DNA of 64,000 nucleotides, taken from positions 9,810 through 73,809 of the forward strand of contig JAUYOV010000007.1 in assembly GCA_030697795.1 (NCBI GenBank), written 5' to 3'. The notes under the pieces are model-generated. The model was not told where the DNA came from. It was given only the letters and a program-made list of their open reading frames with translations, and made no database searches. This document shows positions 38,412 through 46,824 of this stretch, one piece after another (position 1 is the first letter of the stretch; the number at the start of each line of letters is the position of its first letter). A program made the position numbers and the translations under genes. The DNA comes from a bacterium (GTDB lineage Bacteria > Patescibacteriota > Minisyncoccia > JACQLN01).

Positions 38412-38461
38412 TTTAGCTTTTAGCTTTTAGCTTTCTAGTAATTTCCTAGGAAGCTAAGAAG

Positions 38462-39550
38462 CTAGTTTTCTATCTCATTAAAATTTCTTAAAGCGAGCCC
38501 AATGGCCGACGTATAAGGCAAAGATTCTTCTAAGGATAACTTTACTTTAGAATGCGGCTTAATATTTATTCTAGAAATTGGATTAGCCAAAACAACATTA
38601 AGCCCAACCTCTTGGTTCAACCAATCGGTTATGCCCCACAAGCAAGCGCCGCCTCCGGTTAAAATTATTTTAGAAATTTTTTTGGCGCCTTCGGACAGGT
38701 AATGACTGGCGGGGTGTGTTTCAAAAAAAGTAAGGTAATTTTGTATTTGGTCTTTTAAAGATTCTAAACTGGGCCGTAAAGCTTCCAAAAGTTCCCTACC
38801 CTTCTCTTGATTCTTATCTAAACCAACCATTCTTTTCATAAATTCTGCCTCTTTTAAGTTTAGAGGAAAATGTTCGGACAAGGTTTTGCTAAACTGATTT
38901 CCGGCCACGGTATTGGAAGAAGTAAATCTTAGAATACCTTCAGAAACTATCATAAACCTGGTTTGGGTTGAACCTATATCTAACACTAAGACAGAGTCCT
39001 TGCTTTCCTCCTTAGGAAACAAAGATCTTAAAGCGGCCGCTGATTCGAGTTCTAGGGCTAAGGCCACATAGCCATTTTTCTTAAAAAATTCGGTGTATGA
39101 ATCGGCAATTTTTTTGGGCACAGCTTGGACCATTATATCGTAATGCCCCGCTTCTACATTTGTATTTAAAATTTCATAACCATAATATATTTCGTCTAAA
39201 GCCACCGGCAAGTTAGATTCAACTTCAAACTTAAGAGCGTTCTCGAGCTCTTTATCTTTTAGAACTAGGGGCAATTCCACTACCCTTAAAAAAGCTTTTT
39301 CTTCGGGCAAAGACACAACTAAATATTTTGTTTTGGGAAAATTACTTTTCTCGCTGGCCACTAATGTATTTAAAACTTCCAAAAAAGACGTTTCATTTTT
39401 AATTTCGCCCTCGGCAAAAACACCTGCTGGTAAATAACCCTTCCCAAAAGCAGTTAAATCAAAAAATTCTCCGTTGCCCTTTTTTAAGCTAACAGCTTTT
39501 ATAGAATTTTCAGAAATATCTAAACCGATAGATGTTGGGAAAAAATTCAT
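38462..39550 (-). CDS. pilM: type IV pilus assembly ATPase-fold protein PilM
   Basis: Actin/FtsA-like fold, 362 aa, 'ILTGGGA' motif, in pilus-gene context. Confidence 0.75.
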   Translation of the reverse strand: MNFFPTSIGLDISENSIKAVSLKKGNGEFFDLTAFGKGYLPAGVFAEGEIKNETSFLEVLNTLVASEKSNFPKTKYLVVSLPEEKAFLRVVELPLVLKDKELENALKFEVESNLPVALDEIYYGYEILNTNVEAGHYDIMVQAVPKKIADSYTEFFKKNGYVALALELESAAALRSLFPKEESKDSVLVLDIGSTQTRFMIVSEGILRFTSSNTVAGNQFSKTLSEHFPLNLKEAEFMKRMVGLDKNQEKGRELLEALRPSLESLKDQIQNYLTFFETHPASHYLSEGAKKISKIILTGGGACLWGITDWLNQEVGLNVVLANPISRINIKPHSKVKLSLEESLPYTSAIGLALRNFNEIEN

Positions 39551-39598
39551 AATTCGTCTACTAATTATAAGTAAATTATATCATAAATGTTGATTTTA

Positions 39599-40048
39599 TT
39601 ACTGTGTATCCTGCCATCTTTTTATTTTGGCCGAGGGGCCAGCGCCATCTATGCGCAAGGCTCCGTGGCTAAAGTATTTGTTATTGATCTGGGCGGAAAA
39701 AAGATAGTCTTTAACAGAACTTTCGGTTGTTAAAGACACCGTTACAACCGCATCATCTATATTTAAACTTTCTCCATTACCTGTATCAGCCCAAGCCGCA
39801 TCACGAACCCGTTTTAAAGTATCCTCAATAGCGCCTTCCGTGGCATAAATATTCTTAAACTCTATTACGCTGGTTCTCGCTAAAAAAACACCTTTTAAAA
39901 CCAAAATAGAAAAAACTGAAACCAAAGTGCCTAAAACAACCATCATAACCAAAAAAGAAAACATAGCGGCGTAACCGGAACTAGCTTTTAGTTTATAGCT
40001 TTTAGCTTTTAGAAATTCAGAATTTTTTTGTAATTTGAAAATTGTCAT
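39599..40048 (-). CDS. pilin-like/minor pilin candidate
   Basis: Hydrophobic N-terminal helix in the pilin cluster; no canonical G^FTLxE motif. Confidence 0.35.
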   Translation of the reverse strand: MTIFKLQKNSEFLKAKSYKLKASSGYAAMFSFLVMMVVLGTLVSVFSILVLKGVFLARTSVIEFKNIYATEGAIEDTLKRVRDAAWADTGNGESLNIDDAVVTVSLTTESSVKDYLFSAQINNKYFSHGALRIDGAGPSAKIKRWQDTQ

Positions 40049-40081
40049 TTATTTAGAAATTAGATATTAGATATTAGAAAT

Positions 40082-40609
40082 TTACTGCGTGTATCCTCCT
40101 CTAAGCATCGTAAAAGTAGTTAAAGAAAACGTTTCTGCTGGTTTGATTTTACTTTTAAAATCAAGGTAAAAGCGTACACCCTCTAGGCCAGCTCGGGGAG
40201 TTACGCGCACAAACTTAAATTTGGTTATTTCAATATTGTCCGAAGTTAACACTAGAGGCGTCTCTCCTTCGCGCTTAAACATAATTCGCCCGCCCGAAAG
40301 ATACAATTCGGCTTTGCCCACCGAACCACTGCCCAGCTGAAAAGGTGAAGCTAGACTTAAAACGCCTAGATCATTAGACAAAAGAGAATCTGAAATATTA
40401 ATGCTGTTAGCATTCTTAATTTCTCTAAAAAAGAATCCAAAAACTTGATAGCCAGAAGAAGCTAATTCATCTTTAATGCTAGAAGTTTTATAGTTAGCCA
40501 TTGTGCCCAGCATTAAATTAGAAATAGCCACAAGCAAAACACCTAGTACGCCCACATACAAAACAACTTCTACCAAGGTGAAACCTTTTTTTTCATATTT
40601 AATATTCAT
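40082..40609 (-). CDS. prepilin-type N-terminal cleavage/methylation domain protein
   Basis: 'KKGFTLVEVVLYVGVLGVLL'. Confidence 0.65.
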   Translation of the reverse strand: MNIKYEKKGFTLVEVVLYVGVLGVLLVAISNLMLGTMANYKTSSIKDELASSGYQVFGFFFREIKNANSINISDSLLSNDLGVLSLASPFQLGSGSVGKAELYLSGGRIMFKREGETPLVLTSDNIEITKFKFVRVTPRAGLEGVRFYLDFKSKIKPAETFSLTTFTMLRGGYTQ

Positions 40610-40750
40610 AAATTTCTCCTTCGACCCCGAGTTCAGGATCGAGGGGTAAATCCTAATACCTAAATTCTAAACAATATTTAATTTTACAAACTTGGAATTT
40701 TAAAAATTGGAATTTGTTTCGGATTTCGGATTTAGTGTTTCGTGCTTGAA

Positions 40751-41224
40751 TTAATAATTTGCCAAGTACGTTGTTAATTTTATATTTTTATCTCGGCCCC
40801 GATCATTCCAATTAACCACAGCTTCAATTTTTAAAGTATTACTATCTACCGAACCTCCAGAACTTATAATTTTGCCCGTAGTTATGTCGCGAGAAACAGA
40901 ATATACGTAAAAACTTCTGGAAAATACTCCTTGAATTTTGCCGGTATCCGAGCTTTCAATAGTCCAATCTTTTTGCGATTCGGAAAAAGATAAATAATAT
41001 GGCGTATTGGGAGTTAAATTGCTTAAATTATTCCAATTTTTATCTCTTAATATCCGCACCGCTTCTAAAGTTTCAACTGCAATAGCATTGGCCCGAACAC
41101 TTAAACCTTCGGAGGAAACACTATTAGAAAAAGCTAAATTAAGTTGAACCAACGATGTAACGACTATGCCAATTAAACCCAGCACCACAATCGCTTCAAT
41201 TAAAGTTACGCCTTTATTATTCAT
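40751..41224 (-). CDS. prepilin-type N-terminal cleavage/methylation domain protein
   Basis: 'NKGVTLIEAIVVLGLIGIVV'. Confidence 0.65.
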   Translation of the reverse strand: MNNKGVTLIEAIVVLGLIGIVVTSLVQLNLAFSNSVSSEGLSVRANAIAVETLEAVRILRDKNWNNLSNLTPNTPYYLSFSESQKDWTIESSDTGKIQGVFSRSFYVYSVSRDITTGKIISSGGSVDSNTLKIEAVVNWNDRGRDKNIKLTTYLANY

Positions 41225-41244
41225 ATTTAATTTATACCTATATT

Positions 41245-42168
41245 CTACTGCACTATCATTGTGCCACCGCTAGAACCCGCCGAAACCGTGCCATCAGAAA
41301 AATAAGTGACGAGAAGCCTATCATCTATATAAATTTCTAACGTTGGCCCAGAACTAGCGGGACTACGCACTATAGACATAATGGTATTAGTTGGATCTAG
41401 GTGATTAGAATACATAGTTATTCTCTGCTCTAGCCCGCCCGCATCAAAATCTCCCACGTAATGAAAAACAGTTCTACTGCCATTAAAGTGCGGTCCCATA
41501 ATAAAAACTTCGGTTTGCGACGGCTCGGTTAAAAACTTAAATTTAAGCTCTGAAGTGTTTTGAATACTCCAACCTAAATTAAATTCTTGATGACCTGTAT
41601 CAGCCACTTGCCCTTGGCCACCAGAGCCACCCCCGCCCGCGCTCCCGCCCGAAGTATAGGCATGATAAACTCTGCCAGAACCACTTACATAAATTGTTCT
41701 AGTGTAAGCAGGATCTTTAACGGACGATAATACAATAGTGCCCGGCGTAGTTGTACCGTTAAGATGGCTAAAAGAAATAACATCACCGCCATTATTAAGA
41801 TTTATACTCGTTATTTTTGTACCCGAGGGTAAATTAATAATCTTATTGCTTGAATTATTCGCATTGTAAATTAAACCCTTAAACAAAACTAAATTTGTAT
41901 CATTTAGTTTAACGCTATAGCCAGTTTCATCTTCTTTAACCAAAGAAGACAGGCGAGATTTTTCTAAAGTTAATTTTATTGTATCTGCTCCAGCAGACAA
42001 TCCGCCCGAAACTCTTAGCCCGCCCAAAGAAACAGCACCGCCAGCTAGTAGGATGCTGGTAATAGCTATAACCACAAGAAGTTCTACAAGAGTAAACCCC
42101 GCACAGAAAGACAGTGAAAGTTTCTTATCCTGTTGCGTTGAAATATTGTAGAGTTTTGACCATTTCAT
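41245..42168 (-). CDS. type IV pilin-like protein (307 aa)
   Basis: 'AGFTLVELLVVIAITSILLAGG' class III signal sequence. Confidence 0.7.
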   Translation of the reverse strand: MKWSKLYNISTQQDKKLSLSFCAGFTLVELLVVIAITSILLAGGAVSLGGLRVSGGLSAGADTIKLTLEKSRLSSLVKEDETGYSVKLNDTNLVLFKGLIYNANNSSNKIINLPSGTKITSINLNNGGDVISFSHLNGTTTPGTIVLSSVKDPAYTRTIYVSGSGRVYHAYTSGGSAGGGGSGGQGQVADTGHQEFNLGWSIQNTSELKFKFLTEPSQTEVFIMGPHFNGSRTVFHYVGDFDAGGLEQRITMYSNHLDPTNTIMSIVRSPASSGPTLEIYIDDRLLVTYFSDGTVSAGSSGGTMIVQ

Positions 42169-42249
42169 AAATAGCTTCTAGCTTCCTAGGAAATTAGCTT
42201 TCTAGGATTTCCCCTCTAAGAGCTAATAAGCTAAAAGCTAACATTCTAA

Positions 42250-43497
42250 TTATAGTCCTGTGCCTATCGAATAAATTGGCTGAATTATAGATAAAGCAAA
42301 AATACCCACAGCTACGCCCATAAAAATCATAATTACGGGCTCAATAACCGAAGACATACTTTTAGTGGCTATAGCCACTTCGGATTCAAAAAAACGAGCT
42401 AGTTCCTTTAAAATATCGGCGAGCGAACCTGTTTCCTCGCCTACGGCAATCATTTCAGTTACTACCGGAGGAAAAAGATCGGGATATTTACCCAATAAAA
42501 AAGATAAGTTTTTACCTTTTTCTATTTCGGCTATTGTTTCGGCTACAGCTTTTTTATAAAAATAATTTGTTAAAGAATCGCTGGTAATACGAATAGCTTC
42601 CACCAAAGGAATTCCGCCTAAAAGCAGAGAGCTTAGCGTTCTGGAAAATCTAGCGGAATTTATTTTTTTAGTTATATCGGAAAAGATGGGCGTTTTTAGT
42701 AAAAATAAATTTACCGTCTTTTTGCCAAATTTAGTTTTCCTAAAAATAAAGTAAGATGCATAACTAACAAAAGCCAAAGAAAAAATAAATAAATACCAGT
42801 AGTTACTCATAAAATTAGATAGGCTAAATATTATTTGAGTGCTTAGAGGCAACGGCACGTTAAGTTCGGTAAAAGTATTAGCTAGTTGGGGCAAAACAAA
42901 TGTCATCATTACCACTCCCACGCCCAGCATGGCCAGCACTATTATAATTGGATAAACCAAAGCCCCCTGTATCTTCTTTTTTATCATATGTTCGCGGCGC
43001 AAATGTCTCATAACCAGTTTTAAGGTGCTTTCCAGCTTGCCCGAAGCCTCGCCCACTTTGGCCATACTCACAAAAAGATCGGGAAAAACGTTGGGATGAC
43101 GAGAAATAGCTTGGCTAAAAGATTCACCCGAAGCTACGCGGGCGCTTATATTTTTAAGCACCTCTGAAAAATATTTATTCTTTGTTTGCCGAGACAAAGT
43201 ATCTAAGGCCTTATTAAGAGAAAAGCCAGCTCGTATCATTAAGCCCAAATGGCGAGCAAAAATAACTTTTTCTTGCAAACTAACATATTTAAACAGAGAT
43301 TCTAGGGAATTAAAAACGTCTTTTTTTAAAATTGAAACAGGCTCGGGCGCCGAACCCATAGCACCTTTTTCTTTGGCAAAAACTAAAAACAAACCCTCGT
43401 CTCTTAAAGCGCGAGCTAAAGCTATTTGGCTATCGGCCATTTTAACGCCTTCAATTTTTTTGCCGTCTTTAGAAATGGCTTTATACTCATACTCCAT
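42250..43497 (-). CDS. pilC: type IV pilus/T2SS platform protein PilC (GspF family)
   Basis: 415 aa with two T2SSF repeats and three TM regions. Confidence 0.85.
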   Translation of the reverse strand: MEYEYKAISKDGKKIEGVKMADSQIALARALRDEGLFLVFAKEKGAMGSAPEPVSILKKDVFNSLESLFKYVSLQEKVIFARHLGLMIRAGFSLNKALDTLSRQTKNKYFSEVLKNISARVASGESFSQAISRHPNVFPDLFVSMAKVGEASGKLESTLKLVMRHLRREHMIKKKIQGALVYPIIIVLAMLGVGVVMMTFVLPQLANTFTELNVPLPLSTQIIFSLSNFMSNYWYLFIFSLAFVSYASYFIFRKTKFGKKTVNLFLLKTPIFSDITKKINSARFSRTLSSLLLGGIPLVEAIRITSDSLTNYFYKKAVAETIAEIEKGKNLSFLLGKYPDLFPPVVTEMIAVGEETGSLADILKELARFFESEVAIATKSMSSVIEPVIMIFMGVAVGIFALSIIQPIYSIGTGL

Positions 43498-43499
43498 TT

Positions 43500-44378
43500 T
43501 TATATTATATCACGAGCGTTATTTATTGATATTACCAATTTCTTAACTTTTTCCTCAAGCAAAGAACCTGAACAATGTTTGAGCATACCAAGATAAGAAG
43601 CTAGGTTTTTTGCATCAACTTTTCTAAACATTCTCCTTTTTGTTTTAGTCCTTAAAACTCTATGATTCGGCAAAACTACATAACCCAGAAAATCTATGCC
43701 TTGAGCATACTTTCTGATAATAACCTTATTCGGATGCAAACATAAGACTAATTTGCTAACCAGAAAGTTATTTATCTTTTTGGACAATTCAATTAAATAA
43801 TCCGCTTGTTCACTTAAAATGACAAAATCATCACAATAACGAATATAATACTTTTCTTTTAATTTGTGCTTAATAAACTGGTCTAATTCGTTAAGGTAAA
43901 TATTGGCAAATAACTGGCTGGTTACATTGCCTAAGGGCAAGGCTTTATCTTTATCTTTTTCAAAGCTTTTGATGATTCTCTCGACTAACCACATAGCATT
44001 TTCGTCTTTGATTTTTATTTGAATCAATTTAGTTAAGATATTTTGGTCTATGGAATCAAAGAATTTTTTAATGTCGCATTTTAAAGCGAATACATTTCGG
44101 CTATTGTTTTTACTTAATTGTTTATAGAAAGTTTCTAACCTTGTTACAGCTATATGAGTTCCTTTACCAACTCTACACGAATAAGAATCATATATAAAAT
44201 GTTTATCAAATATTGGATACAAAATTCTAAAGATAGCTTGATGTAAAACCCTGTCCAGAACACAGGCTTTGTGTATATGTCTTAGTTTGGGATCGGTAAC
44301 ATAAAAAGGAATATACTCGCTATGTTTGTATGTTTTGTTTTTTAATTCAAAATTAAGTTGAAACAAGTTGTCTTCCAA
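43500..44378 (-). CDS. diversity-generating retroelement reverse transcriptase
   Basis: RT motifs, including 'LGNVTSQ' (the [I/L]GxxxSQ motif recalled as distinguishing DGR RTs from retron/group II QGxxxSP) and 'RYCDDFVI'. A TR/VR pair lies immediately upstream. Stop codon is 2 bp from the pilC start. Confidence 0.8.
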   Translation of the reverse strand: MEDNLFQLNFELKNKTYKHSEYIPFYVTDPKLRHIHKACVLDRVLHQAIFRILYPIFDKHFIYDSYSCRVGKGTHIAVTRLETFYKQLSKNNSRNVFALKCDIKKFFDSIDQNILTKLIQIKIKDENAMWLVERIIKSFEKDKDKALPLGNVTSQLFANIYLNELDQFIKHKLKEKYYIRYCDDFVILSEQADYLIELSKKINNFLVSKLVLCLHPNKVIIRKYAQGIDFLGYVVLPNHRVLRTKTKRRMFRKVDAKNLASYLGMLKHCSGSLLEEKVKKLVISINNARDII

Positions 44379-44530
44379 GTTAAACTCAAATTCCTGAACA
44401 TCCAGCCGTTTTCTTTTGCCTTTTTTAAATTCGCGCCAAGCTAAAAATAGATTTTCTAAGGAAATAACTTTATCAAAAACATTATGGAAAACTTTCCCAC
44501 TAAAGCCCCCCCGACAGCGTCAATGCGAAT

Positions 44531-44866
44531 TTGGTTCATAGGATTACTGAATTTTATAAGCAAATCTATCTTTTATCCAGCAAGATAAGCAAAAGAGACA
44601 AATTCGGTATTTGGTTAAAGATAGAAAATTCCTGTTTAGAAACATTGTATCTAATAATCAAAGCCTCTTTTGCCCACAAATCAACCAAACTGCCTCCGCT
44701 AAATTCAGCCAGAATAGAAATAGAAGTTTTAAAAAGACTTTTAAGAATTACCCATGAACTTTTAATAATTCAAGATAAAACATACTTAAAACTAGAATCC
44801 GATTTACAGGAAATATCCAAAATGACTAATGGCTGGATCAAATATGAAACACAAAAGGAGCAGTGA
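44531..44866 (+). CDS. possible Avd-like four-helix-bundle accessory protein (TTG start)
   Basis: 111-aa helical ORF between RT and TR. C-terminal 'QEISKMTNGWIK' resembles the conserved end of the Avd/TIGR02436 family. Its orientation is opposite to RT and TR sense, which is atypical. Confidence 0.35.
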   Translation: MVHRITEFYKQIYLLSSKISKRDKFGIWLKIENSCLETLYLIIKASFAHKSTKLPPLNSARIEIEVLKRLLRITHELLIIQDKTYLKLESDLQEISKMTNGWIKYETQKEQ

Positions 44867-44889
44867 TGCTCCCTTTTTAGTGCGGAAAC

Positions 44890-45016
44890 TTCTCACGAGA
44901 ACGGAGACTGCTATTGGAGTTGTCGGGATTGTAGTTACTAACGTTGACCTTGCTATTGTGCCTGTTCCAGTTGACGTTCGGCACATTACCATCGGCATTA
45001 CGCGAACCCGTTTTTT
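44890..45016 (-). repeat. DGR template repeat (TR)
   Basis: 120-bp ungapped core 44892-45011 aligns to 45297-45416 with 20 mismatches. At 18 of them the minus-strand base here is A. Flanking positions continue the pattern. Confidence 0.75.
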
Positions 45017-45207
45017 GCCTAATCTCATCCATTATCACCAATAACCTTTTACAAAGTTATCTGCGTCAGCCGCGAACACACGCGGATTTTTTTATGAAGC
45101 ATCCGCCAAAAATAGCGAAACCTTCTCTAAAACTAGGCAAGCAGTTTCCTTTTTGTTGGCAAACCGCTATCTCACCATGGGCGAGACCGATTGTATTAGC
45201 CAAAATA

Positions 45208-45239
45208 ATTTTATCACAAAAAGAAAACCCGCCAGCTTT
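45208..45239 (-). terminator. hairpin CCCGCCAGC-TTT-GCTGGCGGG + T-run downstream of the DGR target gene/VR
   Basis: Perfect 9-bp GC-rich stem about 55 nt beyond the VR end. Consistent with the hairpin commonly found after a DGR VR. Confidence 0.55.
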
Positions 45240-45284
45240 GCTGGCGGGGGAAAAGGGTACAAGATAAAAATTACAAGGGAAAAA

Positions 45285-46016
45285 TCAGGAAACTACCTCA
45301 CGAGAACGGAGACTGCTATAGGAGTAGCCGGGATAATAGTAACTAACGCAGACCTTGCTATAGTGCCTGCTCCAGAAGACGAACGGCACACCCCCACCGG
45401 CAACACGCGAACCCGTACAGGACGTGGTGTTGTTCCTATCCATATGCTCTTTGGTTTCGCTCCAGTATTTGAAGCCATGTAGCTTGCGCTCCCGAAGGGT
45501 TTCGGTTTTGAGACCCTTCTCCTTGATCTGGTTAGCCGAAAGGTTTTTGAGTTCCTCATCGGCTTCCACCCGGTCGCGCACCCAGATGGCGTAATGGCCA
45601 TTGTTGGAATTCCGTTCTTCCTTGTCCCAATCAATAGCCACATCCAGATTGTCGTAGTAGCGCCAGCACTTGAAGTGCTTATCGCAGACTTCGTAGATTT
45701 GGTTGAGGGTGAGGCCTTGGGCTACCACGATGAGGCGGTCAAAACCGACCTGCTTTTCGGGAATGCGAACCTGCGAGAAGTCCAGTTCCAAACTGAAAAA
45801 CTTACGGTAGAAGTTCTGCCAGTCGGTGAACGGGACGATATTCGGCATCGCCGGGAAAAGACCAACGATCCCTTCGGCCTTGCCAGATTTGGCATTGGCC
45901 ACTTCGGCGGCCATTTCGGGCGAGAATCCTTTCTTGCCCAAAGTTATCAGCATTTCACCGACTAGTCCATGAGAAAAATCCGAGGGCTTGTAGATACGGC
46001 TCGCGACTTCCGACAT
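45285..46016 (-). CDS. DGR target protein (variable C-terminus)
   Basis: 243 aa with GGAGG RBS. VR occupies roughly the last 45 codons ('...TGSRVAGGGVPFVFWSRHYSKVCVSYYYPGYSYSSLRSRE'). GC-rich. Confidence 0.7.
   Translation of the reverse strand: MSEVASRIYKPSDFSHGLVGEMLITLGKKGFSPEMAAEVANAKSGKAEGIVGLFPAMPNIVPFTDWQNFYRKFFSLELDFSQVRIPEKQVGFDRLIVVAQGLTLNQIYEVCDKHFKCWRYYDNLDVAIDWDKEERNSNNGHYAIWVRDRVEADEELKNLSANQIKEKGLKTETLRERKLHGFKYWSETKEHMDRNNTTSCTGSRVAGGGVPFVFWSRHYSKVCVSYYYPGYSYSSLRSREVVS
45295..45421 (-). repeat. DGR variable repeat (VR)
   Basis: Counterpart of the TR; mismatches fall at TR adenines. Confidence 0.75.
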
Positions 46017-46337
46017 CGCACACCTCCATCTAATTAAGTTAAGAAGTACTATTCCTCCTTCGCTACGACGTTATGTCATAGCTACGGAAGGACAAGTTAG
46101 GCTCTATTTGAGCTTAATAGCATATTAACATCTTATACGGTTTTTAGTCAAGTTTGACTACACTTACACTGTTTGCTAGACTTACTTCACAAGTGCCTTC
46201 GGGCTCGCCCTGCAAAGGGCAAACAGAGAAAAACCATCAAAACATATCTTTGATGGTTTTTCTTATACTCTCAAATACTTTTTTAGTATCTACCAAGCTA
46301 AAACTCGGATAAGTAGGTTACCCCAAATATGTCTAAA

Positions 46338-46577
46338 TTATACAGAAACAAAAGTTTTAGCTGTAGTTTTATTTAAAACCAAATCTTTCATCGTAATTTT
46401 CTCAACTCCTTTCTTACCTAATTTTTCTTTTACCCCCAAGATTTCTAAATATAATGGTTTTGATTTTGAATCCACATCTAAAAGTATCTCCGGAGCGATC
46501 TCGAGAGTCTTTTTTACTTTACCCTCTTTAAAGGTGATGCTTAAAGCATCGGCATAAGAATCATAAACTATTTTCAT
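46338..46577 (-). CDS. DUF2283-like protein (putative antitoxin)
   Basis: 'MKIVYDSYADALSITF...' pattern. Confidence 0.5.
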   Translation of the reverse strand: MKIVYDSYADALSITFKEGKVKKTLEIAPEILLDVDSKSKPLYLEILGVKEKLGKKGVEKITMKDLVLNKTTAKTFVSV

Positions 46578-46578
46578 T

Positions 46579-46803
46579 TTATATCTTACTAACCCAATGT
46601 TGAGTAATTACAACGATAATTTTATTATTATTATTTACAAATATAACCTTTAAATAAAGATTGCGAAATTTTTTAAATGCAATCATTTTCCCTCCGTTAG
46701 TTGGCAAAATCTTATCAGGATTCTTAAGAGTCTTTACAACCAAACCCCTAGCTATACTTCTTTGTTTCAACTTTAAGATTGCGTGCTTGGTGAAGCTTAT
46801 CAT
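46579..46803 (-). CDS. DUF4258-like protein (putative toxin)
   Basis: 'MISFTKHAILKLKQRSI...' pattern; abuts its partner. Confidence 0.5.
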   Translation of the reverse strand: MISFTKHAILKLKQRSIARGLVVKTLKNPDKILPTNGGKMIAFKKFRNLYLKVIFVNNNNKIIVVITQHWVSKI

Positions 46804-46824
46804 ACCAACAATTTGTTGACAATT

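Noticed and set aside
44804-45965. ORFs 44804-45028(-), 44829-45044(+), 44944-45267(+), 45153-45482(+), 45293-45643(-), 45594-45965(+)
   Set aside because: They read through the TR or VR, or lie antisense to the DGR target gene. They are artefacts of the repeated GC-rich sequence and the open frames opposite the target.
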